Shown here piece by piece: positions 50,806-64,000 of a stretch of 64,000 nucleotides of DNA. Numbering within the stretch: the stretch's first letter is position 1; every line of letters starts with the position of its first letter. Under the pieces are notes generated by a model that ran no database searches, was not told the origin of the DNA, and saw nothing but the letters and a program-made list of their open reading frames with translations. Both the position numbers and the translations under genes were made by a program. The DNA comes from Octopus sinensis (taxonomy: Eukaryota): NCBI RefSeq assembly GCF_006345805.1, contig NC_043018.1:8432001-8496000 (forward strand), in the 5' to 3' direction.

Positions 50806-51432
50806 TTTTACTTGTTTCAGTCATTTGACTGTGGCCATGCTGGAGCACCACCTTTAGTCGAGCAATTCAACCCCAGGACTTATTCTTTGTAAGCCTAGTA
50901 CTTATTCTATTGATCTCTTTTGCCGAACTGCTAAGTTACAGGGACATAAAAACACCAGCATCGGTTGTCAAGCAATGTTGGGGGGACAAACACAGACACA
51001 CAAACATATACACACACATACATATATATATATATCATCATCATCTCCGTTTAGCGTCCGCTTTCCATGCTAGCATGGGTTGGACGGTTCAACTGGGGTC
51101 TGGGAAGCCAGAAGGCTGCACCAGGCCCAGTCTGATCTGGCAGTGTTTCTACAGCTGGATGCTCTTCCTAACGCCAACCACTCCGTGAGTGTAGTGGGTG
51201 CTTTTTACGTGCCACCGGCACAGGAGCCAGGCGAGGGTGGCAACAGCCATGAACAGATGGTGCTTTTTACGTGCCACCGATATATATATATACATCTATA
51301 TGATGGGCTTCTTTCAGTTTCCCTCTACCAAATCCACTCACAAAGCTTTGGTCAAGACACTTGCCCAAGGTGCCACGCAGTGGGACTGAACCTGGAACCA
51401 TGTGGTAGGTAAGTACACAGCCACTCCTACGC
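50806..51432 (-). mobile_element. SINE family A with an RTE 3' UTR fragment (51037-51280) inserted in its TA tract
   Basis: Body, TA, RTE UTR, TA, head. Confidence 0.85.
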
Positions 51433-52007
51433 CTAGATGATAATGTTCCTTTGTAAAGACAGATGATAATGTTTAACTTAAATCTGCCTTGGCTGTGCAG
51501 ACTATTGGATAAAAATTGCTCCAGCTGTGAGTTGTTGCTTGATTAAGACCCATAGAGGCCCTAAGAACTTTAAAGATTCTGGTGCCCTCATATATATGTA
51601 ATTCAAAACAATAATAAACTATAAAGTAAATTTTTATTTTTCAAAATGAAGAAAGAACAGTAAAATGGAAAATAATGTTTATTTTTGTCTACTTCCACTT
51701 TATTTATATTTGAAAATTTTCCTCTTACATTTTTTAAATGCAAAATCTTTGAGCAAATCCTCAAAATTAATCTAACATAACACATCTGATTCTATACTTA
51801 GCAGAGATAAAACATCCCGAATATTATTTTAGCAAGTTTAAAGAGATTTCTTTTGTGCCATAAACTATTTACCATTTCTGTGATGCCTACTTCCTTTGAT
51901 GCTCCAAGCAAGTGCTTATTTGGCTGAATGGTTAATCCAGTGCTGGCCATGACTATCCTGTCATCTTCTTAAGAATTGTGTGTCTTTTTCTTAAACTGTA
52001 GGACTCT

Positions 52008-52345
52008 GTGAAGGCGCATGGCTCAGTGGTTAGAGCATCAAGCTTACAATCATGAAGTTGTGAGTTTGAATCTCAGACCAGGCTGCGTGTTGTGTTCTTG
52101 AGCAAGACACTTTATTTTACGTTACTCCAGTTCACTCAGCTGTAGAAATGAGTTGTGACATCACAGGTGCCAAGCTGTATCGGCCCCTTTGCCTTTCCCT
52201 TGGATAACACTGGTGACATGGAGAGGGGAGGCCGGTGTGCATGGGTGACTGCTGGTCTTCCATAAGACAACCTTGCCCGGACTTGTGCCTGGGAGGGTAA
52301 CTGTCTAGGTGCAATTCCACAGTCAGTCATGACCGAAGGGGGTCT
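52008..52345 (+). mobile_element. SINE family D (full length)
   Basis: tRNA head ggcgcatggctcagtggttagagc; ends gtcatgaccgaagggggtc; other copies at about 21905-22205 (-), 57938-58305 and 61105-61440. Confidence 0.85.
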
Positions 52346-52845
52346 CAGCAGCTCAGCTCAGATGCCCGCTTCCCTTGTAGCTCCACGCATGTGCTTATTT
52401 GGCTGAATGGTTAATCCAGTACTGGCCATGACTATCCTGTCATCTTCTTAAGAATTGTGTCTTTTTCTTAAACTATAGGACTCTTAAGGTCAATTACCTA
52501 GTTTCCATGATGTATAAGTGACCGAGATCACAGCATCCCCTTTGAATGGGACACCAGTCTGATGCAAGGTTCAAGGCCTACAATTTTGAGGAGATGGGGA
52601 CAAGTCAGTTAAGTTGCTTCCAGTACTTGATTGGCACATTATGCTATCAAACCTGAAGGGATGAAAGGAAAAGTTGGCCTCAGCAGGATTTGAAATCAGA
52701 ATGTAAAGAGCTGAAATAAATACTGCTGAGCATTTTGTCCAATGTGCAAATGATTCTGGCAGCTTTGTGTATCTAGGACTACATTATAGACCCTGAAAAG
52801 ATGAAAGGCAAAATCAACCTTGGCAGGATTTGAACTAACTTTGTA

Positions 52846-53008
52846 GGCGCAGGAGTGGCTGTGTGGTAAGTAGCTTGCTTACCTATCACATGGTTCTGGG
52901 TTCAGTCCCACTGCATGGCACCTTGGGCAAGTGTCTTCTACTATAGCCTCGGGCCGACCAAAGCCTTGTGAGTGGATTTGGTAGACGGAAACTGAAAGAA
53001 GCCCATCG

Positions 53009-53059
<51 letters not shown>

Positions 53060-53265
53060 ATGTTTGTGTGTCTGTGTTTGTCTCCCCAACATCGCTTGAC
53101 AACCGATGCTGGTGTGTTTATGTCCCCATAACTTAACGGTTCGGCAAAAGGGAATGATAGAATAAGTACTAGGCTTACAAAGAATAAGTCCTGGGGTCGA
53201 TTTGCTCGACTAAAGGCAGTGCTCCAGCATGGCCGCAGTCAAATGACTGAAACAAGTAAAAGAGT
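52846..53265 (+). mobile_element. SINE family A copy
   Basis: Full length. Confidence 0.9.
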
Positions 53266-53527
53266 AACTGCCTTGATGATAATAATTATTCTTTCTAATA
53301 TAGGCACAAGGCTTGAAATTTGGGGGTAAAAAGGGAACCGGTTACATGAACTCCAGTGCTCAATTGATAGTAGCTTTATTAACCTCAAAAGGATGAAAAA
53401 CAAAAAGTCTGAAGAAATGCCACTAAGCATTTTGTCCAGCATGCTAATGATTCGGCCAGCTTGATGACCACAATGTATCTAGGACTACATTATCCAGCAT
53501 GTTCCTGTTTTTATTGAAAATGATATA

Positions 53528-53906
53528 GGTGCAGGAGTGGCTGTGTGGTAAGTAGCTTGTTTACCAACCACATGGTTCCGGGTTCAGTCCCACTGCGTGG
53601 CACCTTGGGCAAGTGTCTTCTGCTATAGCCTCGGGCCAACCAAAGCCTTGTGAGTGGATTTGGTAGACGGAAACTGAAAGAAGCCCGTCGTATATATGTA
53701 TATATATGCGTGTGTGTTTGTCCCCCTAGCATTGCTCGACAACCGATGCTGGTGTGTTTATGTCCCCGTTACTTAGCGGTTCAGCAATAGGGACCAATAG
53801 AATAAGTACTGGGCTTACAAAAGAATAAGTCCCGGGGTCGAGTTGCTCGATTAAAGGCGGTGCTCCAGCATGGCCTCAGTCAAATGACTGAAACAAGTAA
53901 AAGAGG
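53528..53906 (+). mobile_element. SINE family A copy
   Basis: Full length. Confidence 0.9.
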
Positions 53907-56629
53907 GAGATTTGGTTGCTCTTTCTAGCACAACCATGTAAAGAATCTCTCGTTGCAGATTCTGGTTGCGGTCGCGAGAGAGGAAGGAAGGAAGGAAGAA
54001 TGAGAAGTCGGTCTGAATGTGACAATTGCTGCCTCACTGCAATTATCATTGGTCGAATGACCAAACAAGAGACGTCTCTCTTGCTGGTTCGACAACTGTA
54101 CAAGATGTTGGTTAATTAAATCCACAAACATTGCACAGGGAACATTTATAACTTTCTAGCAGTCGACTAATTTCTTGTAGCTTAACGACCATGTTGTCTT
54201 GTTGCTCACACGAAAAATTGTAGGCCAATCGAGGATCTAATTACAGATTTAATTAAAAGACAGTTGACAATAGGAGACAGAGTGGGAGGGTGGCTGGTGT
54301 GGTGTTGTTATTAACAACAGATGGTTGGGTGGGTTTTTAAAAGGAATATTTAACTGTCAATAGTTGATGTTGTTGTTTAACCCAGGGTCAGTCCTGACAG
54401 AGCAGACCTGGAGCCATACTGTTATATTATCTATTATCTTCCACTTGTTTCAATCATTGGACTGCAGCCATACTGGGGCACCATTTTGAAGGTTTGGTCG
54501 AACAAATTGACCTCAGGCCTTATTTTTAAGCCTGGTACTTATTCCATCTTTCAGTTTCTGTCTACCAAATCTGCTTACAAGGCACAGGTCTGGGGCTATC
54601 AAATAGAAGATACTTGTCCAACGTGCCATGCAGTAGGACTGAACCTGAGAGCGTGAGATTGGAAAGCAAGCTTCTAGCCACACAGTCACACCTGTACCCA
54701 TTTAAAAATTTTTATTTTCTAGATATAACATCTTCTATGACTGTCCTGATGAGTGTCTGTGAAAGGCTATATATATATAAACATTTATGTATATATATAT
54801 ATATATATATATCATCATCATCATCGAAAACGGACGTTAAATGATGATGATATATATACACATAAATGTATATATATACATAAATTTTTATAGACATGTT
54901 TATATATACATACATGTATATATCATCATACATAAATGTATCTATATATATATACACACACAAATGTATGTATATATATATACACACACAAATGTATGTA
55001 TATATATATACACACATAAATGTATATATATACATAGATGTTTATATATATATGCACACACACACATACATGTATGTGTATATATATATACATACCTATA
55101 TTTATATATATAAATCCTTAAAAATGTTTCAGCCCGAAGGCTGCGGCCATATATATATAATATATTATATGTACATGTAGAGGTAGGTACGTACATATAT
55201 GTTTATATATATGCATATGTTTTATTTCATTAATTAATATATATAATTAGTTAATCCAAACAAGAAAACACAGAAAAAAACCACAAACATTTATCTGTGT
55301 TTGTCTGCATGTACTCATAACCTCTGAGCCCACTACCTGACTGTTCCCAGCATTCTGCATGTTGAAATACCTAGATTCTAACGAATCCTGCAATGAATGC
55401 TACTACGTGTGTGTGTGTGTGTGTGTGTGTTTATCCCCAATGCCATCACTTGACAACTGATGTTGGTGTGTTTACATCCCCATAACTCCACGGTCAGGCA
55501 AGAGACTGATAGAAAAGGAAGAATAAGTATTGGAGTTGATTCATTTGACAAAAAAATTCTTCAAGGTGGTGCCCCAGCATGGCCACAGTCTCATGACTGA
55601 AACAAGTAAAAGATAAAAGATAAAAGAAATACTTCTAAGACTACATTTTCTAATGTATCCTCTCTTTATTGTTTTAAAATGGTAAAGAGTTGTTGATATT
55701 TGGTGCCAAGTTAGTTCTGATCAGAATGAGACAGTTGGGAGCAGCTGTTTGGCACTTGACAATTTGGCATGGCTGTTTTGGTGGTGGTATTTTTTAGTGT
55801 TGGAAATAAGCACAAACATACACACATGCATGCACACAGATAGAAAGAGCGAGAGAGATATTAGAATTTATTAATTAATCCTTTAGCATTTAAACCGGCC
55901 AAAAGTATTCTGCCTGTTTTATGTTCAAACTGGCCCGATCTGGTCTCTCACACCAACCCTACAATATCGTTTTAAAAATTAACAGCTACCTCATCAAAAT
56001 CTCATAGCTACAAGATAAGGCATGATTAGTTCAAGGCAATGTGGATAAAAAAGGATTAATTTTGGCAGAATAATGCGAACACTAAAGGGTTAACCATGAT
56101 TGACATAAACATTTTCCCTCTCCTCAGACACATAGGTAGAAATGTGTTCACACACATGAACAGAAAGAGAGAAGGCGGGGAGAGAACAAGAAAAATATTA
56201 ACTGCTTCGTTTTAAGTTAATTGGCGACACCAAATAAGTGGCACCAAGATGTCTCATACCTTGTGTTGGTTAAATAAACTTATGATCAGAGGTATTCTAA
56301 CCATACATATCCCGCCTTCTTGTATATCAGAGGCAACACTTTTAAAAATGCCCTTGCTTCTTTTTTGAAAAGACCTAGCTGTTATTTCTAGCAGATGAAA
56401 TAACTATGTAGAACAATGGTGATGAACCTTTATAGTGCAAAGTGTCAAAATTTTAATTTCTTTAATAAACCTCATATTGAAGTGACACTCATGTTCTTCA
56501 ATTTTAGGAAAATGCTTATATGTGTGTGTGTGTTGCATGTGTATTGCTCAGGCATAACTATACTAATAACCTGGTGTTAGAAACAGCTGTAAGCTAATGA
56601 AGTCTGTTACATAGTTTCCTGTTCCCTTG

Positions 56630-56955
56630 TCGTCATCTTTTAACATTTGTTTTCCATGCCGGCATAGGTTTGACAGGGGCTGGCCAGTCCAGACTCCAAT
56701 TGTCTCTTATTGCCTGTTTTCTACAGCTGGATACCCTTCCTAATGCCAACCACTTTACCAAGTGTAGAGGGTGCTTTTTATGTGTCACCAGCAGAAGCAT
56801 GAGTACATTTTAGGTGACACTGGCACCTGTAAAAGACAGGTATTTTACTCAGCTTGGTGCATCTTCTCAAGTACAGCAAATCACAACTCCTGGTCAGTCC
56901 CTTGTCATTTTCTCATTGAGGCTCAGTGTCCAAAATCTTTTCCCACCACTTCATC
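56630..56955 (-). mobile_element. RTE LINE 3' end
   Basis: WDEVVGKD..LNEKMTRD..AVLEKMHQAE* followed by the modular UTR. Confidence 0.75.
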
Positions 56956-56959
56956 CCAC

Positions 56960-57400
56960 ATAAGTTAAGTTAAGTTAATTTTTTGGCTCAAAAAGCAAAA
57001 AGCAAGGCCATGTAAGGAGACATGGAGTTATGTACAGGGAGGGTGTTCATGCAAAGAGTTCAGGCCATTTCTGGTCAAGAGAGACTTTGAACCGAGTGGT
57101 CGTCGGCATCCTCACCATCTCGTCTGGCAGCTTATTCCACGGATCCGCAACCCGGACGGAGAAAGCCCCTCTCCTTCGATTGAGATGAAATCATTGCAGA
57201 TAGAGCTTTTCGGAGTGACCCCGCAGCCGACGCTCTGGAGCAGGAATGAAGAACAGCTCTTTCGAGAGGTTACAATTTCCGCTTATGATGTTGTGAGCAA
57301 GAATGAGATCTCCACGGCATATTTGTTTTTCTAGAGAATAAAGGTTGAGCGTCTTCAGCCTTTCTTCATGAGACAAATGCTTGAGACCAAGAACCATGCG
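56960..57400 (-). mobile_element. CR1/L2-group LINE 3' fragment
   Basis: GLKHLSHEERLKTLNLYSLEK..RGDLI..LRGHSEKL..RRGAFSVRVADPWNKLP; (TTAAC)n tail. Confidence 0.85.
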
Positions 57401-57680
57401 GGTAGCCAGCTTCTGGACTCTTTCGAGATGATGTATGTCTACATCTTCCTGGATCTACCCCTTCCACCATTAGAGTTCGACGCTTCTTTATACAACTTAA
57501 CAAGGTTGAGGTGTATCAAATTTCCTTACGGGATCTCAATAATATTCACCTGTGGTAAGAGAGAAGAATAGATGAAGGTTGATGGCTAGAAACAAGCGAC
57601 TTGGAACTGTATAAAAGCCACACTGACCAATTTCCATCCCCTTTCTTTGGCAGTTGATTTGTTTCAGTTCTGAAGATACC

Positions 57681-57896
57681 TATTTCTTTATTACCCACAA
57701 GGGGACAAACAAGGACAGACATAGGTATTAAGTCGATTACATTGACCCCAGTGCGTAACTGGTACTTAATTTATCGACCCTGAAAGGATGAAGTGCAAAG
57801 TCAACCTCGGCAGAATTTGAACTCACAACGTAATGGCAGACGAAATACCGCTAAGCATTTCGCCCGACGTGCTAATGTTTCTACCAGCTTGCCGCC
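57681..57896 (-). mobile_element. SINE family B with about 19-bp TSD
   Basis: tttcagttctgaagatacc at 57662-57680 and 57897-57915. Confidence 0.9.
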
Positions 57897-59764
57897 TTTC
57901 AGTTCTGAAGATACCATTGTGCTGGTGGTTCCCTATGAAGGCACATGGCTGTGGTTAGATTGTTGGGCTTATAATCATGAAGTAGGGAGTTCAATACCTG
58001 AACTAGGCTGTGTGTTGTGTTCTTGAGCAAGACACTTTATTCCACGTTGTTCCAGTTCACTCAGCTGTAGAAATGAGTTGCAATGTCACTGATGCCAAGC
58101 TGTACTGGCCTTTGCCTTTCTCTTGGATAACATTAGTGGTGCGGAGAGGAGAGGCTGGTTCACCGATAACTTCGGTGGTGTAGAGAAGGAAGGCTGGTAT
58201 GTATGGGTGACTGCTGGTCTTCCAGAAACAACCTTGCTTGGACTTGTGCTTCAGAGGGGAGCTTTCTAAGTGCAATTCCGTGGCCATGACCAAAGGGGGT
58301 CTTTATGGTGGTTCCCTATATTCTAAGTCCTGGGATAGGTCAGCTTCATGCTAGGAGATGAGGGGATTACTATGAGACTGATGGGAGCAGAGCAAGTTCC
58401 TGCAGAGAGATCTACATGGTTACTCACACCTAATTTAGGGGAAAAAAGAATTAACACTGAAAGCACACATGCCTGTGGAATACTCAGCCACTTAGTATAA
58501 AAAGTAAATACTATTTGGGTCCTGGGACTCATGGGATCAGTTACTTGGTTTCCATGGAGCATAAGTGACCAAGATCACAACATTCTCACAAAATGGGAAA
58601 TCAGTCTGTAGCAGGGTTATTTATTTTACAGCTGAGTAGACTGAGGCAACTTGAAATGAAGTGTTTTAGCTCAAGAACACAACACACCACCTGGTTCAAG
58701 TATTGAACCTGCAATCTGGTGATCATGAGTGCAACACCCTAACCACCAGGCCATGTTCTTTCACCATCCACTTAGATGCGAACCAAAATTGACAGAAGTC
58801 TATTTTTGCCACTGACTGAGACAGAATTATTCCTTATATTTGTTTCAGTCATTTAACTGTAGCCATGCTGGAGCACTGCATTAAAGGGTTTTAGGAAAAA
58901 AAGTCGACCCCAGGACTTATTTTCTGTAAGCCTAGTACTTATTTTAATGGTTTCTTTTGCCAAACAGCTAAGATACAGGGACATAAACACACCAGCATTG
59001 GTTGTCAAGTGATGGTGGAGAGGGGGAATAAACACATAAATGATGGGCTTCTTTCAGTTTCCGTCTACCAAATCCCTCACAAGGCTTTGGTTGTCCTGAG
59101 GCTAAAGTAGAAAACATTTGCCCAACATGCCATGCAGTGGGACTGAACCCAGAACCATGTGGTTGGGAAGCAAGCTTCTTACTACACAGCCATGCCTCTG
59201 CCTATTTATTTATATATATTTACTGTGGAATGGTGACATTTAAAAGTCAAATTCGTCTTGAATATAGAACACAGGAACAAAAACCTTCTCAACATACAAA
59301 CCACCATTGTTCAACTCTTTGTCAAACTACTCTCTCAAGTGGGGCACCGATGCCTTTACATCACTTTCAAATCAACCGAAGAAAAAGCAAATTATAAAGT
59401 TTTTAGTTTCTCCTTCGTCTTGAATGAATCGTCACGGTATTGGATTATGTGGGACATAACTAGTTATATAAATCATAAACAGAGTATATAGGTTGTCTGT
59501 AAAGTCATGCAAACTATAAACAAAATATAGACCAAGACTACAATTATGTCATAAACGAATAATGTTGCGCATGAGGACATCACACCACCACCACATAGCG
59601 GGTGTGGTTGACGGATTTGCTTGGCCTCTCAGTCTATGTTCCATGTAAATATAAATATAATTATCATCATTATCTAACCATCATTTTAATGGGTTTTTTT
59701 TTCATAAATTAGACAGCTAATGATGGATCTATTTAACCTCTTAGCATTATGATTCTCTCGATGG

Positions 59765-60235
59765 GTTAATGTCAGTGTCCGCACACGACAGAGTGTAAAT
59801 GATTTGAGAGGAAAACTGGGGATGTAAGAGGCATCAGGTGTTTTGTGCAAGAGAGAAGACTGCATTGGTTTTGTGTCTTGTGAGATGTATGGATGAGGAC
59901 AGCTGCATAAAGGAGTAGACCCAAGGAAACGTAGGACAAAGTGGTGAGAAAGGATCTTCGGACACTGGGCCTCACTGAGGAAATGACAAGGGGACTGGGA
60001 GTTGTGGCAATTTGCTGTAATTGGGAAGATGCAGCAAGCTAAGTAATATCGCTGTCGTTCATACACACAAGCTTGTTCTTTACAGGTGCTGGTGTTGCGT
60101 AAATGCACCTGTGCAGGTGGCATATATAAAGCATGCAGCTGTAAAAACCGTCACAACAGACAACTGGAGTCCAGAGAGCTTCTGTGAAACCATCCAACCC
60201 ATGCCAGCATGGAAATCAGACATTAAACGATGATG
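59765..60235 (+). mobile_element. RTE LINE 3' end
   Basis: MDEDSCIK..RPKET*DKVVRKDLRTLGLTEEMTRD..KMQQAK* then the UTR module and gatgatg tail. Confidence 0.8.
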
Positions 60236-60570
60236 GTATTTGGCCCAAATATTCTACCAGTTCCATATTGAAACCAGCCAGATCTGGTCTCTCACACCTA
60301 CCCTACAATGTTATTCTACAAATAAACAATTACATAACTGAAATCTCACAGTTTTGATATAAGCCATGATTAATTCAAAACAATGTGAATAAATAAGCAT
60401 TACATTTGACAGACTAATCTGAATAGAAAAGGGTTAAATACTTAAGAATGCCCCTCAGTCAGAATCCTGCTAATGTCCATGCACCACCATCATCTTACTA
60501 ATTTATGTCCACCTTTCCTTACCTGATATAATAGGTTGCTATGGAGTTTATTTTTTCAGTAACTACAGCT

Positions 60571-60790
60571 CATGAAACATCTCGGAGCGATACAGTGCTC
60601 CCACTATCTACAATCAATGAAACATCCAACAGTGTTCCCACTATCAACAGCTAACAAAACATCTAACAGCCAGACAGTGTTCCCACCATCTCTTGCTGAT
60701 GAAACACCCAACAGCAATACAGTGCTCTTACTTCCTGCAGTTCATGAAACATCTAATAGTCATAGAGTGCTCCCACTTTTTCATGCCTGA
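60571..60790 (+). repeat. Degenerate 45-bp (15-codon) repeat x5
   Basis: Units translate as HETSRSDTVLPLSTI, NKTSNSQTVFPPSLA, DETPNSNTVLLLPAV and HETSNSHRVLPLFHA; unit 2 has an 8-nt deletion. Confidence 0.7.
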
Positions 60791-61627
60791 ATTATCAAAA
60801 AGCAGTCCTACAGTCTTAACTTACTTATAGTAAGTAAAGTCTGTCTCAAGTCCTCAGATCCATTGAGCCAGTTACCTTGGTTTCCATGGCATATAAACGA
60901 CCTGAAGTCCTAATATTCCTTGCTGAATGGAACACCAGTCTGTCACTCATTTATGCTGAGTGGACCGGAGCAATATCAATGGAAGCATTTCGCTCAAGAA
61001 AACAACACACCACTTGGTCCAGGAACTGAAACTAGAATTTTGCAATTGTGAGTGCAACACCTTAACCACGCAACTTCCCTCTATATTAAGTATAATTGTG
61101 ATGTGAATGCACATGGCTTAATAGTTTGAGCGATGGGCTCTCAATCATGAAGTAGTGAGTTTGATTCCTGAATCGGGCTGTGTGTTATGTTCTTGAGCAA
61201 GACACTTTATTTCACGTTGTTCCTGTTCACTCATCTGTAAAAATGAGTTACGACGTCACTGGTGCCAAGCTGTATCAGCCTTTGCCTTTCCTTTGGATAA
61301 CTTCAGTGGTGTAGAGAAGGAAGGCTGGTATGTATGGGTGACTGCTGGTCTTCCATAAACAACCTTACCTGGACTTGTACCTTGGAGGGGAACTTTCTAG
61401 GTGCAATCCCATAGTCATTCATGACCAATGGGGTTCTTTTAATAATTGTGATGTATGATGTGTATGTGTGTGTGTAACTGTGAGTTGTTTAATACACATC
61501 AAATGAAAACAGCCTCTTTCAACTTCGAATGAGTTTAGCTATAGTTAGTGATACTATATCAATTTTAAATATATTATCAGAGGACCTGACTTGATTATCT
61601 ATGCCAGTAACATCTGTATTCTCCCTC

Positions 61628-62032
61628 CTATATATATATATATATATACTCTTTTGCTTGTTTCAGTCATTTGACTGTGGCCATGCTGGAGCACCGCCTT
61701 TAGTCGAGTAAATCGACACCGGGACATATTATTTGTAAGCCCAGTACTTATTCTATTGGTTTCTTTTGCCGAACCGCTAAGTAACGGGGACGTAAACACA
61801 CCAGCATCGGTTGTCAAGCAGTGCTAGGGGGACAAACACACACATATATATACATATATATATACGACAGGCTTCTTTCAGTTTCCGTCTCCCACATCCA
61901 CTCACAAGGCATTGGTCGGCCTGGGGCTATAGCAGAAGACACTTGCTCAAGATGCCATGCAGTGGGACTGAACCCAGAACCATGTGGTTGGTTAGCAAGC
62001 TACTTATCACACAGCCACTCCTGCGCCTATAC

Positions 62033-62087
<55 letters not shown>

Positions 62088-62453
62088 CATACATACATAC
62101 ATATATACGACAGGCTTCTTTCAGTTTCCGTCTACCAAATCCACTCACAAGGCATTGGTCGGCCCGGGGCTATAGCAGAAGACACTTGCTCAAGATGCCA
62201 CGCAGTGGGACTGAACCCAGAACCATGTGGTTGGTTAGCAAGCTACTTACCACACAGCCACTCCTGCGCCTATACCTGTGTATATATATATATATATACA
62301 TACATACGACAGGCTTCTTTCAGTTTCCATCTACCAAATCCACTCACAAGGCATTGGTCGGCCTGGGGCTATAGCAAAAGACACTTGCCCAAGATGCTAC
62401 GCAGTGGGACTGAACCCGGAACCATGTGGTTCGTAAGCAAGCTACTTACCACA
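61628..62453 (-). mobile_element. SINE family A with triplicated head module
   Basis: One body and three heads separated by TA tracts; the heads share the ggcattggtcgg variant. Confidence 0.9.
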
Positions 62454-62886
62454 CAAAAAAAAAGGTCAACCTTGCACTTGAGTTAGAAGTCTTTATTATT
62501 TATTGGAATAAAATGAATGGATTAAATGGTGACAACCAAAGGAAATACAGGGGCATTAGATGGGTTTGCGAGGAGAAGGGAGTGATAACCCAGTTTACTG
62601 GTTTAGAGAAACAGAAGCCATAAAAGTATCAGTGGTTAGAGAGAGAGAGGGAGAGAGAGAGGGGGAGGAAACATGACGGTCAGTGGTGGTAGCATGCAGG
62701 TGAGGTGTGGTGGGAGGTTTTAATCAATCCATCACATTTTGTTTTTTCATCATTTTTTTTTTCTTTTCTTTTGTTTACTGGATGCCTTCTCAGCCGTTTT
62801 TCTGTCGTAGTAGCAACAGCAGTAATAATGGGGCAGACCCCAAAGTGGGTCTTTCTTGAGTTTTGTGAAATATTCAGTAGTAAATA

Positions 62887-63289
62887 GGCGCAGGAGTGGC
62901 TGTGTGGTAAGTAGCTTGTTTACCAACCACATGGTTCAGGGTTCAGTCCCACTGCATGGCACCTTGGGCAAGTTGTCTTCTACTATAGCCTCGGGCCGAC
63001 CAAAACCTTGTGAGTGGATTTGGTAGACGGAAACTGAAAGAACCCCATATATGTATATATGCATGTATGTATGTATATGTTTGTGTGTCTGTGTCTGTCC
63101 CCCCCAACATCGCTTGACAACCGATGCTGGTGTGTTTATGTCCCCGTTACTTAGCGGTTTGGCAAAAGAGACCGATAGAATAAGTAGTGGGCATACAAAA
63201 GAATAAGTCCCAGGGTCAATTTGCTCGATTAAAGGCGGTGCTCCAGCATGGCCGCAGTCAAATGACTGAAACAAGTAAAAGAGTAAAAA
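62887..63289 (+). mobile_element. SINE family A copy
   Basis: Full length; divergent to the 61628-62453 element. Confidence 0.9.
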
Positions 63290-64000
63290 GAGAGAGAGAG
63301 AGAGTAAATCATCAAGGAAATATATTCTGGTCCTGAAAAAGAAGACTAGTCCCTAGAATTCAGTGATTGAGTCTAATTTAATTTTGATCCTGGGTGGCCA
63401 AGTTCTGGGACACAGGACTTGTGGTCTGAACCTATTTTAGCCCTTTAGAATTCAGATTATTTTGTGAAAAGTAATGCTTATTGATTCACATTGACTGGAA
63501 TTAGTCATGCATTATCTTGCAGCTTCAAGATTTCAAAGATGTGATAGAATGGGTAGAATATTTTGGGTGGGATATGGCCATTTTAAATAATATTGGTTTA
63601 AAATTTTGACACAAAGCCAGCAATCAAGGGTGGTAGGTTAAGTAGATTACATCACCCCCAGCACTCATCTGGTAATTATTCTATCAGCTGTGAAAGAACG
63701 AAGAGCAAAGCTGACCTCAGCAGGAATTGAACTCAGAATGTAAGGAGACAGATGAAATGCCACTAAGCATTTTGCCTAGTGTGCTAATGATTCTACCTGC
63801 TCACAGCATTAGATAAAGGATTAATATTGATTGATCTTTCACATCATGATACTATTAACAATATTCTACCTGTTGTGAGTAAAAGGTGACCTGTAAAAAT
63901 GCTTAACTCAAAGTGAATTCTTAATTGAACTTATGAGCAAAGACATCCCAGCTGTGACTATCCAGCCATCTATATTACAGATAGTGTATCTACCTTAGCA

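Noticed and set aside
55110-55150. Hammerhead half-motif (agcc-ttcg-ggct-gaaac on the minus strand)
   Set aside because: No CUGANGA-like segment upstream; at most a truncated remnant.

Overview
AT-rich, repeat-saturated eukaryotic DNA. The SINE/LINE/MITE complement and the dense (TA)n, (CA)n and (GATA)n tracts look like an octopod cephalopod genome (inference from repeat style). No complete protein-coding gene is visible, and nearly all ORFs in the supplied track are microsatellite or SINE artefacts. Recognisable content: at least four tRNA-head SINE families; decayed LINE pieces (CR1/L2, RTE-BovB, REX3-like RTE, another RTE with a modular 3' UTR, R4/Dong-like and HERO-like RLE elements, a Penelope-like GIY-YIG); an internally deleted mariner; non-autonomous Helitrons; several MITE families; an 82-bp x12 tandem array; and two weak candidate first coding exons on the minus strand. 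The most interesting locus is 33087-34085. It is a (TA)n-flanked fold-back built from a 356-bp tandem unit. Each arm carries a type I hammerhead-ribozyme-like motif with a long stem I, palindromic stem III and GUC site. The right-arm copy has a compensatory U3-A8 core. This suggests a retrozyme/Penelope-type element. Three other elements carry degenerate minimal hammerhead-like motifs. One SINE family forms multimers with an identical junction at independent loci. All RNA structures were assigned by eye and are untested.
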